Below are positions 27,797 to 37,739 of a stretch of 64,000 nt of DNA, in pieces (the stretch's first letter is position 1; the number at the start of each line of letters is the position of its first letter). The stretch is from a virus. The DNA lies in IMG/VR virus record IMGVR_UViG_3300036795_000115, positions 4,739 to 68,738 of that record; one strand, 5' to 3'. The notes below the pieces were generated by a model that worked only from the letters and a program-made list of their open reading frames with translations, ran no database searches and was not told where the DNA came from. Both the position numbers and the translations under genes were made by a program.

Positions 27797-28017
27797 ACGC
27801 GTGTGGCACCGCCACGGATTTGGCGGAGTGGGACGCGTGGATAGCGATCCGGGGCCCGTTCGGTCAAGAGCGTGACGACGCCCGCCAGGCCTTGGCGAGT
27901 TTGCGGGGCGCCCAGTTCGCCCAGGGCGCTGAGGACCCGGAAGACCTTGAGTGGGACCAGTTCCAACTGAAGTACGGACAACCGGATAGGGAGCGTGGTC
28001 TCGATGGCAGATTCTGA
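27712..28017 (+). CDS. -1 frameshift extension of the tail assembly chaperone (GT-like)
   Basis: Slippery G GGA AAA at 27712-27718; the -1 frame is open (GKIRSRPELLRQLDLA...AEWDAW) to 28017. Confidence 0.85.
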   Translation, partial: GKIRSRPELLRQLDLAAHLKFASRRAFLNACGTATDLAEWDAWIAIRGPFGQERDDARQALASLRGAQFAQGAEDPEDLEWDQFQLKYGQPDRERGLDGRF

Positions 28018-31000
28018 GCTCACTATCCGGTTCAACGCCGAAGCCGCTGAGGCGAAGGCGGAGGTGGAGGAGTTCAAGGCGCTCCTGGAGTCGCTGAAGG
28101 ACACGAAGCTCACCATCGACGTCGATTTCTCCAAGGTCACCGAGGCGATCGCTGAGGTGGAGGCGTTGAAGGCGGCGCTGACCGGCGCCGGCGAGACCAT
28201 CAAGATCGACGTGGACACCTCGGGGGTAGCCGAGGCTGAGGCCGAGTTGGCGACGCTGAAGGCGGCCGAGGAGCTGGTGAAGGAGCCGGTCAAGCTCGAC
28301 ATCGACACCAGCCAGGTCAAGGAAGCCGAGCAGGCTTTCGACGGGTTCGTGCATGCCATCACGGACGCCGACGGGATGGTCAAGTCCTTCGCCACCGACG
28401 CCGACGGGATCACCACGGTATTAAGCACTGTCGCCGGCGGCATGACCACTGTCGAGCAGGGCATGACGGCCCTGGAGTCGGGTCTGACCACGGCCGAGCA
28501 GAGTGTCACGGCCTTGGAGGGTGGGGCGCAAGCACTGACCGGTGAACTGACCGCGATCGAGGGTGCCGCGCAGACCGCCGAGGGCGGTATCACCGCGCTT
28601 GAGGGTGGCATGACCGCCCTCGAGTCCGGTGTTACCGCCGCCGGGACGGGGTTCACCGTCCTGGAGACCGCACTGAACGACGTCACTGGCGCGTTCGAGG
28701 TCGTCGAAGGCGGCCTTGTCGACGTAGAGACGGGCGTCCAGGCGGCCGAAGGTGGTCTCGTCGACCTAGAGCAGATACTCGGCACCGTCACCGGGTCCAT
28801 GCAGGGCCTGGCGACGGGCGCCGCCGCCGGGTTCGCCGCCGCCATGGAAACCCTCGCGGGGGTGATCCCGATGGCGGCCATGGCCATGGGCGTGTTTGCC
28901 GCCGCCGCCGCTATTGCCGCTGTGGCCGCCGCCGCCCTGGTCGCGGCCGTGGCCGCGCTCGCGGTGGTGGCCGTGGCCGCGTTCGCCGGGTTCGGGGTGG
29001 CGATGCTGGCCGCCGGCGCGGCGATCACCGGGCTGGTGATCGCGGCCGAGTCGGGCAACAAGGAAGTGAAGAAGCAGTTCAAGGACTTGGCGACGGAGGT
29101 GAAGAAGGACTTCGCCGACATCACGAAGCCGTTCGGCCAGGTTTTGCAGCAGATGATCCAGGCGGTGCGCCAAGCGTTGCCGCAGATCGCGGACCCGCTG
29201 AAGAAGGCGTTCCAGACGATCGCCTCGGTCGCTCAGGCGGCGATCCCGAAGGTTGTGGCGTCGCTGAAGGAGCTGGCGAACGGGTTCAACGTGATCACCC
29301 AGACGTTGGCGCCGCAGTTCCGCCAATTCTTCAACGCGCTGCCGGGGTTGATGCAGGCCGGCATCACCGCCGTGGAGCACATGGCGACCGCGTTCCACCA
29401 GGCGAGCGGTGCGTGGGATGCGGCGGTGCCGGCGGCGGAGAAGCTGATCGGGAAGCTGGGCGACCTGGGCGCCACGATGATCACGATCGGGTCGAAGGAG
29501 ATCACCCCGCTGATCAACGACGTGGGTCGGCTCAGCGACTCGTTCCGGTCCATGGCGGAGAAGGTCCAGCCGGCGATGAAGCCCGCCATGGACGCCTTCA
29601 CCGACCTGGGTGTCGCGGTGATGAAGGCGATCGGGGACAGCACCGGGCAGTTGAACAAGTTCTCCGGGGCGGTCTCGGGTGCCTCGTCGCAGATCGGCAA
29701 GGAAATCCAGGACATCATCACGATCGTCACGGACCTGGGCACCGACTTCATGAACGCGATCAAGCAGTGCGAGCCGGCGTTCAGCGAGCTGAAGGACTCC
29801 GTTTCCCAGAACGGCCCGCAGATCACTTCGATGATCAAGGGTGTTATTGACATCGTCCTCGGGCTGGGTACCGCGATCTCCGACCTGATCGGCCTTGGCG
29901 CGAAGGTTGTCGACTTCTTCGACAAGTGCAAGCTCGCCATCGCGCACATGGACGAAGCCCTGGGCACGACGACCCAGTCGGAGCGGGACCTGATCGCGGC
30001 CTCCAACGCCGCCGCGCCCCCGGTGCAGAACCAGGGTGTGGTGATGGCTGACACCGGGGACAAGGCCAAGGGGCTCGCGGACGCCAACAAGAGCGCGGTG
30101 GCACCCACCAACGATTTGGGTGACGCGGCGAAGGACACCGGCGCCAAGATCGGCGACGCGAAGAAGCCGGTCGACGACCTCGGCTCCTCAGTCAAGGACA
30201 TCAAACCGCCCCTGGACGACGCGAAAACCTCCGTGCAGGGGTTGTCAGATCCGACGAAGCAGGTCGGTACCGATGTGCAGTCCCTGGCGAAGCAGGCGGC
30301 GGACGCGAAGCAGCCGCTGACGGACCTGAACACGGCCGCGTCCAACCTGGGGCCGGCGTTCAAGGCTGTGCAGGCCGGGATGGACCCGGTGGTGTCGGAC
30401 ATGCAGAAGTTGGGTCCGGCGGTCAAGGAGGTGTCGGCCCCGTTCGCGGCTTTCACCAAGGATGTGACGACGTTCGGGGCGCAGCTGAAGTCGGCTGGTC
30501 CGACGTTCTCGACGTTCGTGAAGGACTTCACCTCCTTCGCCGCGCAGCTCAAGGCCGCCACCGCGCCGTGGGCGACGTTTGTGAAGGACTTGACGACGTT
30601 CGCGGCGCAGATCAAGTCGGCGGGTCCGACGTGGTCGACGTTCGTGAAGGACATGACGACGTTCGATGCGCAGATCAAGGCGGCGAGCACGATCTGGGCG
30701 ACGTTCGTGAAGAACTTCACCGCCTTCGACGCGCAGCTGAAGGCTGTGGGTCCTTTGTGGACGGCGTTCGTGAAGTCGTTTACCGCGTTCACCGCGCAGG
30801 TGAAGGCCGCGAACACCACCTGGACCGCGTTCGTGAAGTCGTTCACCACGTTCGATGCTCAGCTCAAGGCGGTGTCTCGGTTGTGGACAGCGTTCGTGAA
30901 GAGCTTTGTGCAGTTCACCGCGCAACTGCAGCAGGCCGTGACCCGGTTCGGGCAGCTGGTCAAGTCGATGCAGCAGTTCGTGCAGGCCGTCACGCAGGGC

Positions 31001-32128
31001 TTGGCGGCGTTAAAGCAGTTCGAGCAGGAACTGACCAAGACCGTCCAGGTGTTTCAGCAGTTCACCCAGGCGATCCAGCAGGCCGACGACATCACCAACC
31101 AGTGGGAAACCGACCTCGGTACCACGGTGGAGCAGCTGTACCAGTTGCAGCAGCAGATCGTCTACGTGGACCAGTCGGTGCTCGACCTGGAGCAGGACGT
31201 CGCGTCGCTCATTCAAGACTTCGACCAGCTCACCCAGATCGCCCCGGAAGCCGGCCAGGCCATGGAGAAGGCGTTCGAGGACGGCGACAAGGGCGCGAAG
31301 AAGCTCGACGAGACGGTGAAGAAGCTCATCGAGGATCTGCAGAAGCTGATCGACTTGATGAAGCAAGCCGGCATCTCCGGTGGCGGCGGTGGAGGGGGTG
31401 GCGCTGGTTCCGCCGGTGCGGCGGTGGGCAGCTCCGCCGTTGCCGGGCTGACCGGGTCGTCGGGTATCGCCTCCGCGTCGCCGTCGCTGAAGACCGCGCA
31501 GGCCGGCAAGGACTTCGTCGCCGGGTTCGTGAACTCGATCAACGACGGTAGTGGGGAAGCCGCGACGGCGGCGACCGGGATGGCGCAGGGATCGGTGGAC
31601 GCCGTGAACACCACCCTCGATACCGCGTCCCCGTCACGGATCCTGCGGGAGATCGGCCGGTTCTTCGGCATGGGCTTCTGGTGGGGCATTAGGGACGAGG
31701 AGCGGCACTGTCGCCAGGCCGCCCAGGACTGCGGAGTCACTGTCATCGAGGTGCTCCGTGCGACCGCGACGGTGGACGCGCAGAACGTCGGCGAACTGTT
31801 CGGGATCAACCTGGCGAAGGGCATCACCCAGTCTTTGGGGTCGGTGAAGGCCGCCGCCCTCGGGTTGGCCACGGCTGCGACCGCTGAGGCGACCGCTGTG
31901 CTCGGGCGGATGGATCTGCTGGGCATCGCCGGTTCGGGTGCGTCGATGCAGCCGCAGTCCGCGCCGATCTCCCTGTCGTCGCAACAGGCGCAGCAGGGCG
32001 GCGGTAGCCACTGCGTGCACGAGCACCACCTGTTCTTCGACGGCAAGGAGTTCCGGCTCCTCGCCGACAAGCAGATCGAGAAGTTCATCGACAAGCACAC
32101 CGCCATGTCACAGGGCCAGAAGCGATGA
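28004..32128 (+). CDS. tape measure protein
   Basis: About 1370 aa, helical, TM stretch, heptad and 21-aa Phe/Trp repeats, SPSR motif. Confidence 0.95.
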   Translation: MADSELTIRFNAEAAEAKAEVEEFKALLESLKDTKLTIDVDFSKVTEAIAEVEALKAALTGAGETIKIDVDTSGVAEAEAELATLKAAEELVKEPVKLDIDTSQVKEAEQAFDGFVHAITDADGMVKSFATDADGITTVLSTVAGGMTTVEQGMTALESGLTTAEQSVTALEGGAQALTGELTAIEGAAQTAEGGITALEGGMTALESGVTAAGTGFTVLETALNDVTGAFEVVEGGLVDVETGVQAAEGGLVDLEQILGTVTGSMQGLATGAAAGFAAAMETLAGVIPMAAMAMGVFAAAAAIAAVAAAALVAAVAALAVVAVAAFAGFGVAMLAAGAAITGLVIAAESGNKEVKKQFKDLATEVKKDFADITKPFGQVLQQMIQAVRQALPQIADPLKKAFQTIASVAQAAIPKVVASLKELANGFNVITQTLAPQFRQFFNALPGLMQAGITAVEHMATAFHQASGAWDAAVPAAEKLIGKLGDLGATMITIGSKEITPLINDVGRLSDSFRSMAEKVQPAMKPAMDAFTDLGVAVMKAIGDSTGQLNKFSGAVSGASSQIGKEIQDIITIVTDLGTDFMNAIKQCEPAFSELKDSVSQNGPQITSMIKGVIDIVLGLGTAISDLIGLGAKVVDFFDKCKLAIAHMDEALGTTTQSERDLIAASNAAAPPVQNQGVVMADTGDKAKGLADANKSAVAPTNDLGDAAKDTGAKIGDAKKPVDDLGSSVKDIKPPLDDAKTSVQGLSDPTKQVGTDVQSLAKQAADAKQPLTDLNTAASNLGPAFKAVQAGMDPVVSDMQKLGPAVKEVSAPFAAFTKDVTTFGAQLKSAGPTFSTFVKDFTSFAAQLKAATAPWATFVKDLTTFAAQIKSAGPTWSTFVKDMTTFDAQIKAASTIWATFVKNFTAFDAQLKAVGPLWTAFVKSFTAFTAQVKAANTTWTAFVKSFTTFDAQLKAVSRLWTAFVKSFVQFTAQLQQAVTRFGQLVKSMQQFVQAVTQGLAALKQFEQELTKTVQVFQQFTQAIQQADDITNQWETDLGTTVEQLYQLQQQIVYVDQSVLDLEQDVASLIQDFDQLTQIAPEAGQAMEKAFEDGDKGAKKLDETVKKLIEDLQKLIDLMKQAGISGGGGGGGGAGSAGAAVGSSAVAGLTGSSGIASASPSLKTAQAGKDFVAGFVNSINDGSGEAATAATGMAQGSVDAVNTTLDTASPSRILREIGRFFGMGFWWGIRDEERHCRQAAQDCGVTVIEVLRATATVDAQNVGELFGINLAKGITQSLGSVKAAALGLATAATAEATAVLGRMDLLGIAGSGASMQPQSAPISLSSQQAQQGGGSHCVHEHHLFFDGKEFRLLADKQIEKFIDKHTAMSQGQKR

Positions 32129-33723
32129 GCGCCACCACCACGGTCCGCCCCAACGCCACCGTCCAGCTCGGCTCCTGGTCGGTGGTCGGTGCGGCGAACG
32201 CGCACACCGCCCTGTCCGACAACACCGACACCACCTATGTGCAGCTGACGCCGCGTTGCCGCCTGGACACCCAGCGGCTACGCCTCGGATTGCCGACGAT
32301 CACCATTCCTACAGGGGCGCAGATCTCCTCGGTGGGGGTGCGGATCCGCATCCAGACCGTGGTGTGGCCGGCCCCGCAGCCGATCTGTTTGGGCTGGTTC
32401 CGTTGCCACCGCCCGCCGAACATCATCACCGTCATCATCGACTTCATCCTGTTGTTGCTGTTCGGGTGGCGATGCCCCCGCCAGCCCACGACGGTGTGGG
32501 TTGAGCAGCAGTTGGAGAACTTGACGTCGGACCCGGACGGCAACCCGTGGACCCTCGCCAGCTTCAACCAGTTCGAGGTGCACCTCGGGCGCGATGACGT
32601 CTCGGGGAACCCGTTGCGGATCTCTGAGGTGTACGTCGATATCACCTACACCCAACAGTCCGTGGTCACCGTCACGGCCCCCACCGGGACCATCACGACC
32701 ACGTGCCGGCCCACGGTCACCTGGACCTACACCTCCCCGGACTCGAACCCGCAGGCCGCGTATCAGGTGGCCATCTACACCGCCGCGCAGGTCGCGGCGG
32801 GCGGCTTCGTCCCGTTCGTCACCCCACCGATTCAGGGCTCCGGGTTGGTGTTCGGGGAAGACCTGCAGTGGACGCTGAACACCGACATCGTCAACGGTGG
32901 TTACTCCGCGTATGTGCAGGTCAACCAGGTGTGGCCGGGGTCGAACGACTTCCCCTCCGGGATTGCGTCGATCACCTGGACGCAGTCCATCGCCGGCTCC
33001 CCGAACGCGGTCATCTCCAACTCCCTGTTCGACACCGTCTACAACCGGGTCCGCCTCGACATCACCACCGGCGGCCCCACCCCCGCCACGGCCGCGTTCG
33101 CGGTGCAGGCGTCGCGGGACGGCGGGGTCACCTACGGGCCGGTGCGCAACGCTTTGTTACTGACCAACACCGGCGGGACGATGACCGTCTACGACTACGA
33201 AGCCCCGCTCAACGCGCCGTCGAAGTACCGAGTGCTGGCATACGGGCAAACCGGCAGCCTGCTGTTCGCCGCCGCCGACTATTCGAACGTTGTCACCGTC
33301 ACCCCGCAGGTCGACGTCCCGTGGCTGAAGGACCCCCTTGATCCGACGGTGAACACCCCGTTCCCGATCGCGTATCAAGGCGACGCACGCACGGTGCGCC
33401 GGGTGCAGGGCACGTTCGAGGTCATCTCCGGTGGCCTGACCGCCGACAAGATCGTTGTCAATGGTCCGCAGTACGGCCCCGAAGGCACGTACACGCTGAA
33501 CTTCTACAAAGACCAGCCGGCGGACTACTGGTCGGCGTTCAAACAACTCGACCAGTCCGGGCACATCCTGCTGGTCCAGTACACCAACGGCGAACAGCTC
33601 TACGTGCTGTTCGGACCGGGGGCGGCGGGCTCCGACATGACCTATGAGTGGGAGGTTGTGCCCAACTACCACAAGGTTTCGGTCGGGTACACCAGCGTCG
33701 CCGCTCCGCCCATTACGTCCTGA
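32125..33723 (+). CDS. minor tail protein (Dit-like C-terminus)
   Basis: Follows the TMP; DYEAP..YR, WLKDPLDP. Confidence 0.8.
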   Translation: MSATTTVRPNATVQLGSWSVVGAANAHTALSDNTDTTYVQLTPRCRLDTQRLRLGLPTITIPTGAQISSVGVRIRIQTVVWPAPQPICLGWFRCHRPPNIITVIIDFILLLLFGWRCPRQPTTVWVEQQLENLTSDPDGNPWTLASFNQFEVHLGRDDVSGNPLRISEVYVDITYTQQSVVTVTAPTGTITTTCRPTVTWTYTSPDSNPQAAYQVAIYTAAQVAAGGFVPFVTPPIQGSGLVFGEDLQWTLNTDIVNGGYSAYVQVNQVWPGSNDFPSGIASITWTQSIAGSPNAVISNSLFDTVYNRVRLDITTGGPTPATAAFAVQASRDGGVTYGPVRNALLLTNTGGTMTVYDYEAPLNAPSKYRVLAYGQTGSLLFAAADYSNVVTVTPQVDVPWLKDPLDPTVNTPFPIAYQGDARTVRRVQGTFEVISGGLTADKIVVNGPQYGPEGTYTLNFYKDQPADYWSAFKQLDQSGHILLVQYTNGEQLYVLFGPGAAGSDMTYEWEVVPNYHKVSVGYTSVAAPPITS

Positions 33724-33735
33724 AAGGCGGCCATT

Positions 33736-34116
33736 GTGCAACCCACCTCATCCGCCTTCCAGGCCGCAATCCAAGCGTCCCATCAGGCGGTGTCCCGGTG
33801 CGACATCATCCAAAACGGATCCGTCGTCATGCAGCTGCCCATCGTGGACGGCAGCGTGACGGCGGACCGCACATCGGCGCAGATGCGGCAATTCGACGCC
33901 ACCCTCGCCGACCCGGACGGATCGCTGACGCCGGCTGATATGTCGGCGGTGTTGGCGCCGTTCGGTACCCGGGCGCAGATCTGGCGGGGTGTGCTGATCA
34001 CCGAGGTTGACGCGGTGCAGGACATCGACAACAGCGCGGCCACATTCAACCAGGGAACAAACAACGGCACGATCGGCGACCCCGTCACGGGAGCCCTCAT
34101 TCTCGGCTGGACATAA
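33736..34116 (+). CDS. N-terminal part of a DUF5047-like tail hub protein
   Basis: SAF..AI..SH, DGSVTADRT, LAPFGT...RGV. Confidence 0.7.
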   Translation: MQPTSSAFQAAIQASHQAVSRCDIIQNGSVVMQLPIVDGSVTADRTSAQMRQFDATLADPDGSLTPADMSAVLAPFGTRAQIWRGVLITEVDAVQDIDNSAATFNQGTNNGTIGDPVTGALILGWT

Positions 34117-34130
34117 GGCGGGGGATCCAA

Positions 34131-34586
34131 ATTTCAAACTTCATCTTTACCATTGCTAAGGGTCGCTTCGTTCAGCAAGCCTCCTTGGCGACCGGGTCGG
34201 ACGCCGTCCTGGTGTTGCTGCTCAAGTCCTCAGGACTACAGGCCGACACCACGCTGCAGGACTACACCACCCTGTCCACGCTGCTCGCCTCCAACACCGA
34301 GGCCACGTTCACCAACTACGGGCGCAAGGTGCTGACCAGCGGATTCACCATCACCCAGAACTTCACCACCAACATCCAGTCGATCGCGGTCGGCAACCAA
34401 ACCTGGTTCGCCGCCGGCGGTGCATCGAACGATGTGCTGGGGAAGCTGGTCACCGCGTACCGGCCGACGTCGGGCTCGGCCGATTCGGCGTGCGTACCGA
34501 TGACGGCGTATGACTTTACCGCCACCACCACCGGCAGTGACCTGATCGCTCAGTTCGCGTCGGGCGTATACGCGACGGCGTCCTGA
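34131..34586 (+). CDS. small tail/fibre-associated protein; probable ATT start
   Basis: Frame open from ATT-TCA-AAC-TTC (M/I-SNFIFTIAKGR); EATFTNYGRK motif. Confidence 0.7.
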   Translation: MSNFIFTIAKGRFVQQASLATGSDAVLVLLLKSSGLQADTTLQDYTTLSTLLASNTEATFTNYGRKVLTSGFTITQNFTTNIQSIAVGNQTWFAAGGASNDVLGKLVTAYRPTSGSADSACVPMTAYDFTATTTGSDLIAQFASGVYATAS

Positions 34587-34589
34587 TCC

Positions 34590-36605
34590 ATGCCGTACCT
34601 GGTTGAGCTTCTAGACGCTGAAGCCGATATAACGACTTCCACTGGTACCACTTTCCCTTTGACGGTAGGCACGTCCTATCAAGCGGGCGACATGCGCATC
34701 ATCATGGTGTGGATTACCCCCTCGACGGTTAGCGCGACTTCGTTTCCAGGCTTCACTAAGGTGATTGACACCACGGTTGCCAGTTCGGCGCGGTACATGG
34801 TGTTCAAGCAGGTTTTCACTGCCGCCACCGTATCGGATAGTGTATGTACGATCAGTGGTTCGGGGGCAACCTTTGTAACCTACGCGGCATTCACCGCCAG
34901 AAATCCCAACCTGAGCGCAACGCTTTCGTCCACACTGTCTGTCTCGGGGACGTCTCTTGCTGGGTCTTCAATCGTGGACACGAGCACCACCGTCGCCGCC
35001 AACAGTGTTCTCATAGGATTCAATTTCTGCACCGCCATGACCAGCACGTTGGTTACCTCAGTGACACCCCCCGCTGGCTGGACAGCTATAGCGTTCACTC
35101 AGCAAAGTGGACCCAATTCCAACAACTATACTTTACAATTAATCGCGTCCAATTACACTACAGCCGGTTCGTCGGGAACCATCACTTCGGCCGTACTTCC
35201 GACGGGAAGTGTGTGGTCATACTCCACCGCCCCACTGTTGCTGATCCAAAACCCCGACGTCACCGTGTCGATGACGACGTCCCCGAACGAGACCGATGCC
35301 GGCGTAGTCACCACCTCGAGCATCCCGAACACGCAAACCCATTTCACGATGGGCGTGCCCAACGAGACCGATGCCGCGCCGCAGGTGTTCAGCCAGCTCA
35401 CCGGGTTCCGCATCAGCCCCCCGTTGGCCATTCCGCAGTCCCCGATCACCAGCAGCGTCATCCACTGGGATCAGGCAACACCGGCGGTGGGGTCGACGGT
35501 CACGGTGGAGACCAGTGTCGATGGTGGTGCGTCGTGGCAGGCGGCGGTGCAGGACGGTCCGATCGCCCGGTTGCTGCCGGGAACGAGTGTGTGGCAGACG
35601 GTGCAGACCCGGGTCACGTTGAACCGGTTGCACGTCACCGACCCGAGCCCGAGCGTGTCGAACGTTGAGGTGCGGGTCGCCACCAACGCCTCCAACGCCG
35701 AGCTCGTGAGCCTCGGCTTGTTCTCCATCAATAACACGAACATCACCATCACCGGCGGCACCACCGGCGGATCATCCGGTTCCGGTGGTGGCGGGAACGG
35801 GGTCACCGGCTCCGGTGGTGGCTCCACCGGTGGTGGGTTGTCCATCGAGATCTCCGGGGTGGACCTGTCGCGGTCGGTGTCGCGGAACAGCTGGGAGGAC
35901 GTGTATTTCGTCGACGCCGGCACCAACTACGCCGACGCGATCCACGACATCATCGAAGACCGCCTCCCCGGCACGAGCTACAACTTCGCCTCGACCACTC
36001 ACGTCACCCCGAAGCTGATTTTCGGGATGTCGATGGACTCCGACCCGTGGCAGGACGCCCAAGACCTGGCCACGGCGATCGGCATGGAGCTGTTCTTCGA
36101 CGCCCTGGGTGTGTGCACGCTGCGCGACGTCCCAGACCCGGGGACCGGGCAGTCGGTGTGGACGTTCTCGGATTCGGCGAACCCCACCATCGCCTCCGCG
36201 ACCCGGTCGCTGACCGATCAGACGGTGTTCAACTACATCGTCGCCTACGGCGAGTCGGTCGACAACGCCGTCCCCGTGTCGGCCGTGGCGTTCGACGACA
36301 ACCCCAACAGCCCCACGTACTACCTGGGCGCGTACGGGAAGGTCCCCACCAGCTTCACCTCGCCCGAGATCACCACCGTGGAACAGGCCCAAGCAGCGGC
36401 GGACGCGCTGCTGAACCTGTCCATCGGGAACGCGGAGAACGTCGAGATCTCCGTGGTGCCCAACCCGGCGCTCGAACCCGGGGACGTGATCACGGTGACC
36501 ATCGGGGAGTTGAAGCTGACCGGCACGTTCATGGTCAACGACATGAACACCCCGCTGTCCGCCGCCGAGGCGCAAACCCTGACCGTGTACCGCCAAACTT
36601 CCTAG
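34590..36605 (+). CDS. minor tail protein: variable N-terminal domain plus DUF5047-like C-terminal hub
   Basis: ELVSLGLF, DPW..AQDLA.AIG.ELFFD, SPTYYLGAYGKVP, VPNPALEPGDVI. Confidence 0.8.
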   Translation: MPYLVELLDAEADITTSTGTTFPLTVGTSYQAGDMRIIMVWITPSTVSATSFPGFTKVIDTTVASSARYMVFKQVFTAATVSDSVCTISGSGATFVTYAAFTARNPNLSATLSSTLSVSGTSLAGSSIVDTSTTVAANSVLIGFNFCTAMTSTLVTSVTPPAGWTAIAFTQQSGPNSNNYTLQLIASNYTTAGSSGTITSAVLPTGSVWSYSTAPLLLIQNPDVTVSMTTSPNETDAGVVTTSSIPNTQTHFTMGVPNETDAAPQVFSQLTGFRISPPLAIPQSPITSSVIHWDQATPAVGSTVTVETSVDGGASWQAAVQDGPIARLLPGTSVWQTVQTRVTLNRLHVTDPSPSVSNVEVRVATNASNAELVSLGLFSINNTNITITGGTTGGSSGSGGGGNGVTGSGGGSTGGGLSIEISGVDLSRSVSRNSWEDVYFVDAGTNYADAIHDIIEDRLPGTSYNFASTTHVTPKLIFGMSMDSDPWQDAQDLATAIGMELFFDALGVCTLRDVPDPGTGQSVWTFSDSANPTIASATRSLTDQTVFNYIVAYGESVDNAVPVSAVAFDDNPNSPTYYLGAYGKVPTSFTSPEITTVEQAQAAADALLNLSIGNAENVEISVVPNPALEPGDVITVTIGELKLTGTFMVNDMNTPLSAAEAQTLTVYRQTS

Positions 36606-36614
36606 GAGGGCGCT

Positions 36615-36890
36615 GTGTCCATCTACGGGGCGATCAACCGGTCCGCACGGGCACTAGCCCGCAAAAACCGGGCCCAGGTCCGGGTACCCACCGACGCAAT
36701 GAAACTGTCCGGCCGCCAAGCGGTGGTGCAGTCGGTGCAGGTCAGCGGGCACACCTGCAGTGTGCTGCTGGCCAACTCCTCCACTCCGTTCACCGCCGCC
36801 TGGTCGGATCACTACCAGCCGGCGAACGGGCACACGGTCTGGGTGATGTTCTTCGGCCGGTCCCCGATGGTCGTGTTCAGGTGCCAGTGA
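36615..36890 (+). CDS. putative tail tip/spike small protein
   Basis: GGAGG RBS; YQPANGHTVWV. Confidence 0.6.
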   Translation: MSIYGAINRSARALARKNRAQVRVPTDAMKLSGRQAVVQSVQVSGHTCSVLLANSSTPFTAAWSDHYQPANGHTVWVMFFGRSPMVVFRCQ

Positions 36891-37159
36891 CCTATCTCGC
36901 CGAAGGCACCGACTTCTCCTCCGTCCTACTGCAGTACGGGCCCGGTGGGGCACTCGGCGCGATCGCGCTGTGGTGGGCGTGGGTGATGTACAAGAACGAA
37001 CGGGAGAACTCGAAGCGGGAACGGGAACGCAACGACCTGCTTGAGGCGGAGATCCGCAAGCTCAACGAGTCGATCCACTCCCAGTACATCCCCGTCCTCA
37101 CCCGGGTCACCGACGCCCTGGCGAACTTCCTGCGGGCCACCCGCCGGGACGACCCGTGA
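36887..37159 (+). CDS. membrane protein (lysis accessory)
   Basis: LLQYGPGG TM followed by a coiled coil. Confidence 0.7.
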   Translation: MTYLAEGTDFSSVLLQYGPGGALGAIALWWAWVMYKNERENSKRERERNDLLEAEIRKLNESIHSQYIPVLTRVTDALANFLRATRRDDP

Positions 37160-37326
37160 GCCCATGGCGGTGGCCACAAGCGAACGTGGACCGCCTGCTC
37201 ACCGAGTCGAAGAAGCACCGCCGGGAACTGCTGGACACCGTGGCCCGCCTGGACGAGTTCGTTGAGGCGCTCAACGCGCAAACCCAGCGGCTCGAGAAGA
37301 AACATGATGAGGGGGATGACGCGTGA
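37156..37326 (+). CDS. small coiled-coil protein (below the ORF-track cutoff)
   Basis: GTGA overlaps at both ends; VSPWRWPQANVDRLL... Confidence 0.6.
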   Translation: MSPWRWPQANVDRLLTESKKHRRELLDTVARLDEFVEALNAQTQRLEKKHDEGDDA

Positions 37327-37739
37327 CCGACGACGGCAGCCGTGAACTTCTAACACTCGCGGCCTCGCTCACCGCCGCCGTGGACGGTCTACGCGAATCC
37401 ATCGAGTCTCTGCTGAAGCGCACCCGCCGTTCGGAGAAGGTCATTGCGTCGATCGTGGTGACGATCATCATGGATCTGATCTTCACCGGCGGGTTCATCT
37501 TCCTGTTCTACAACCAGAACCAAACAGCGGACGCGCTGGACGACACCCGCAACCAGGTGCTGTGCCCTCTGTTCGCATCGTGGCTGGGGACGTACAACCC
37601 GAACAGTCGCTCCCCGGGGCCGGACCGCGACACCTACATCGACGTGTTCTCCCAGATGCGCGTGCAGTACCAGCATTTGAACTGCACCACCCCGTTGGTG
37701 CCGAAGCCAACACCCACCACAGCGCCCGCTCCGAAGTAA
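37323..37739 (+). CDS. membrane protein
   Basis: One TM; LCPLF...C. Confidence 0.7.
   Translation: MTDDGSRELLTLAASLTAAVDGLRESIESLLKRTRRSEKVIASIVVTIIMDLIFTGGFIFLFYNQNQTADALDDTRNQVLCPLFASWLGTYNPNSRSPGPDRDTYIDVFSQMRVQYQHLNCTTPLVPKPTPTTAPAPK

Noticed and set aside
16846-33741. Long reverse-strand ORFs across the structural region (e.g. 16846-18132, 27793-29124, 29233-30849)
   Set aside because: They are shadow ORFs of high-GC coding sequence opposite well-supported genes.
34117-35700. Self-splicing intron or intein splitting the tail hub gene
   Set aside because: The insert is filled with structural-looking ORFs, and no group I/II, homing endonuclease or intein motifs were seen.
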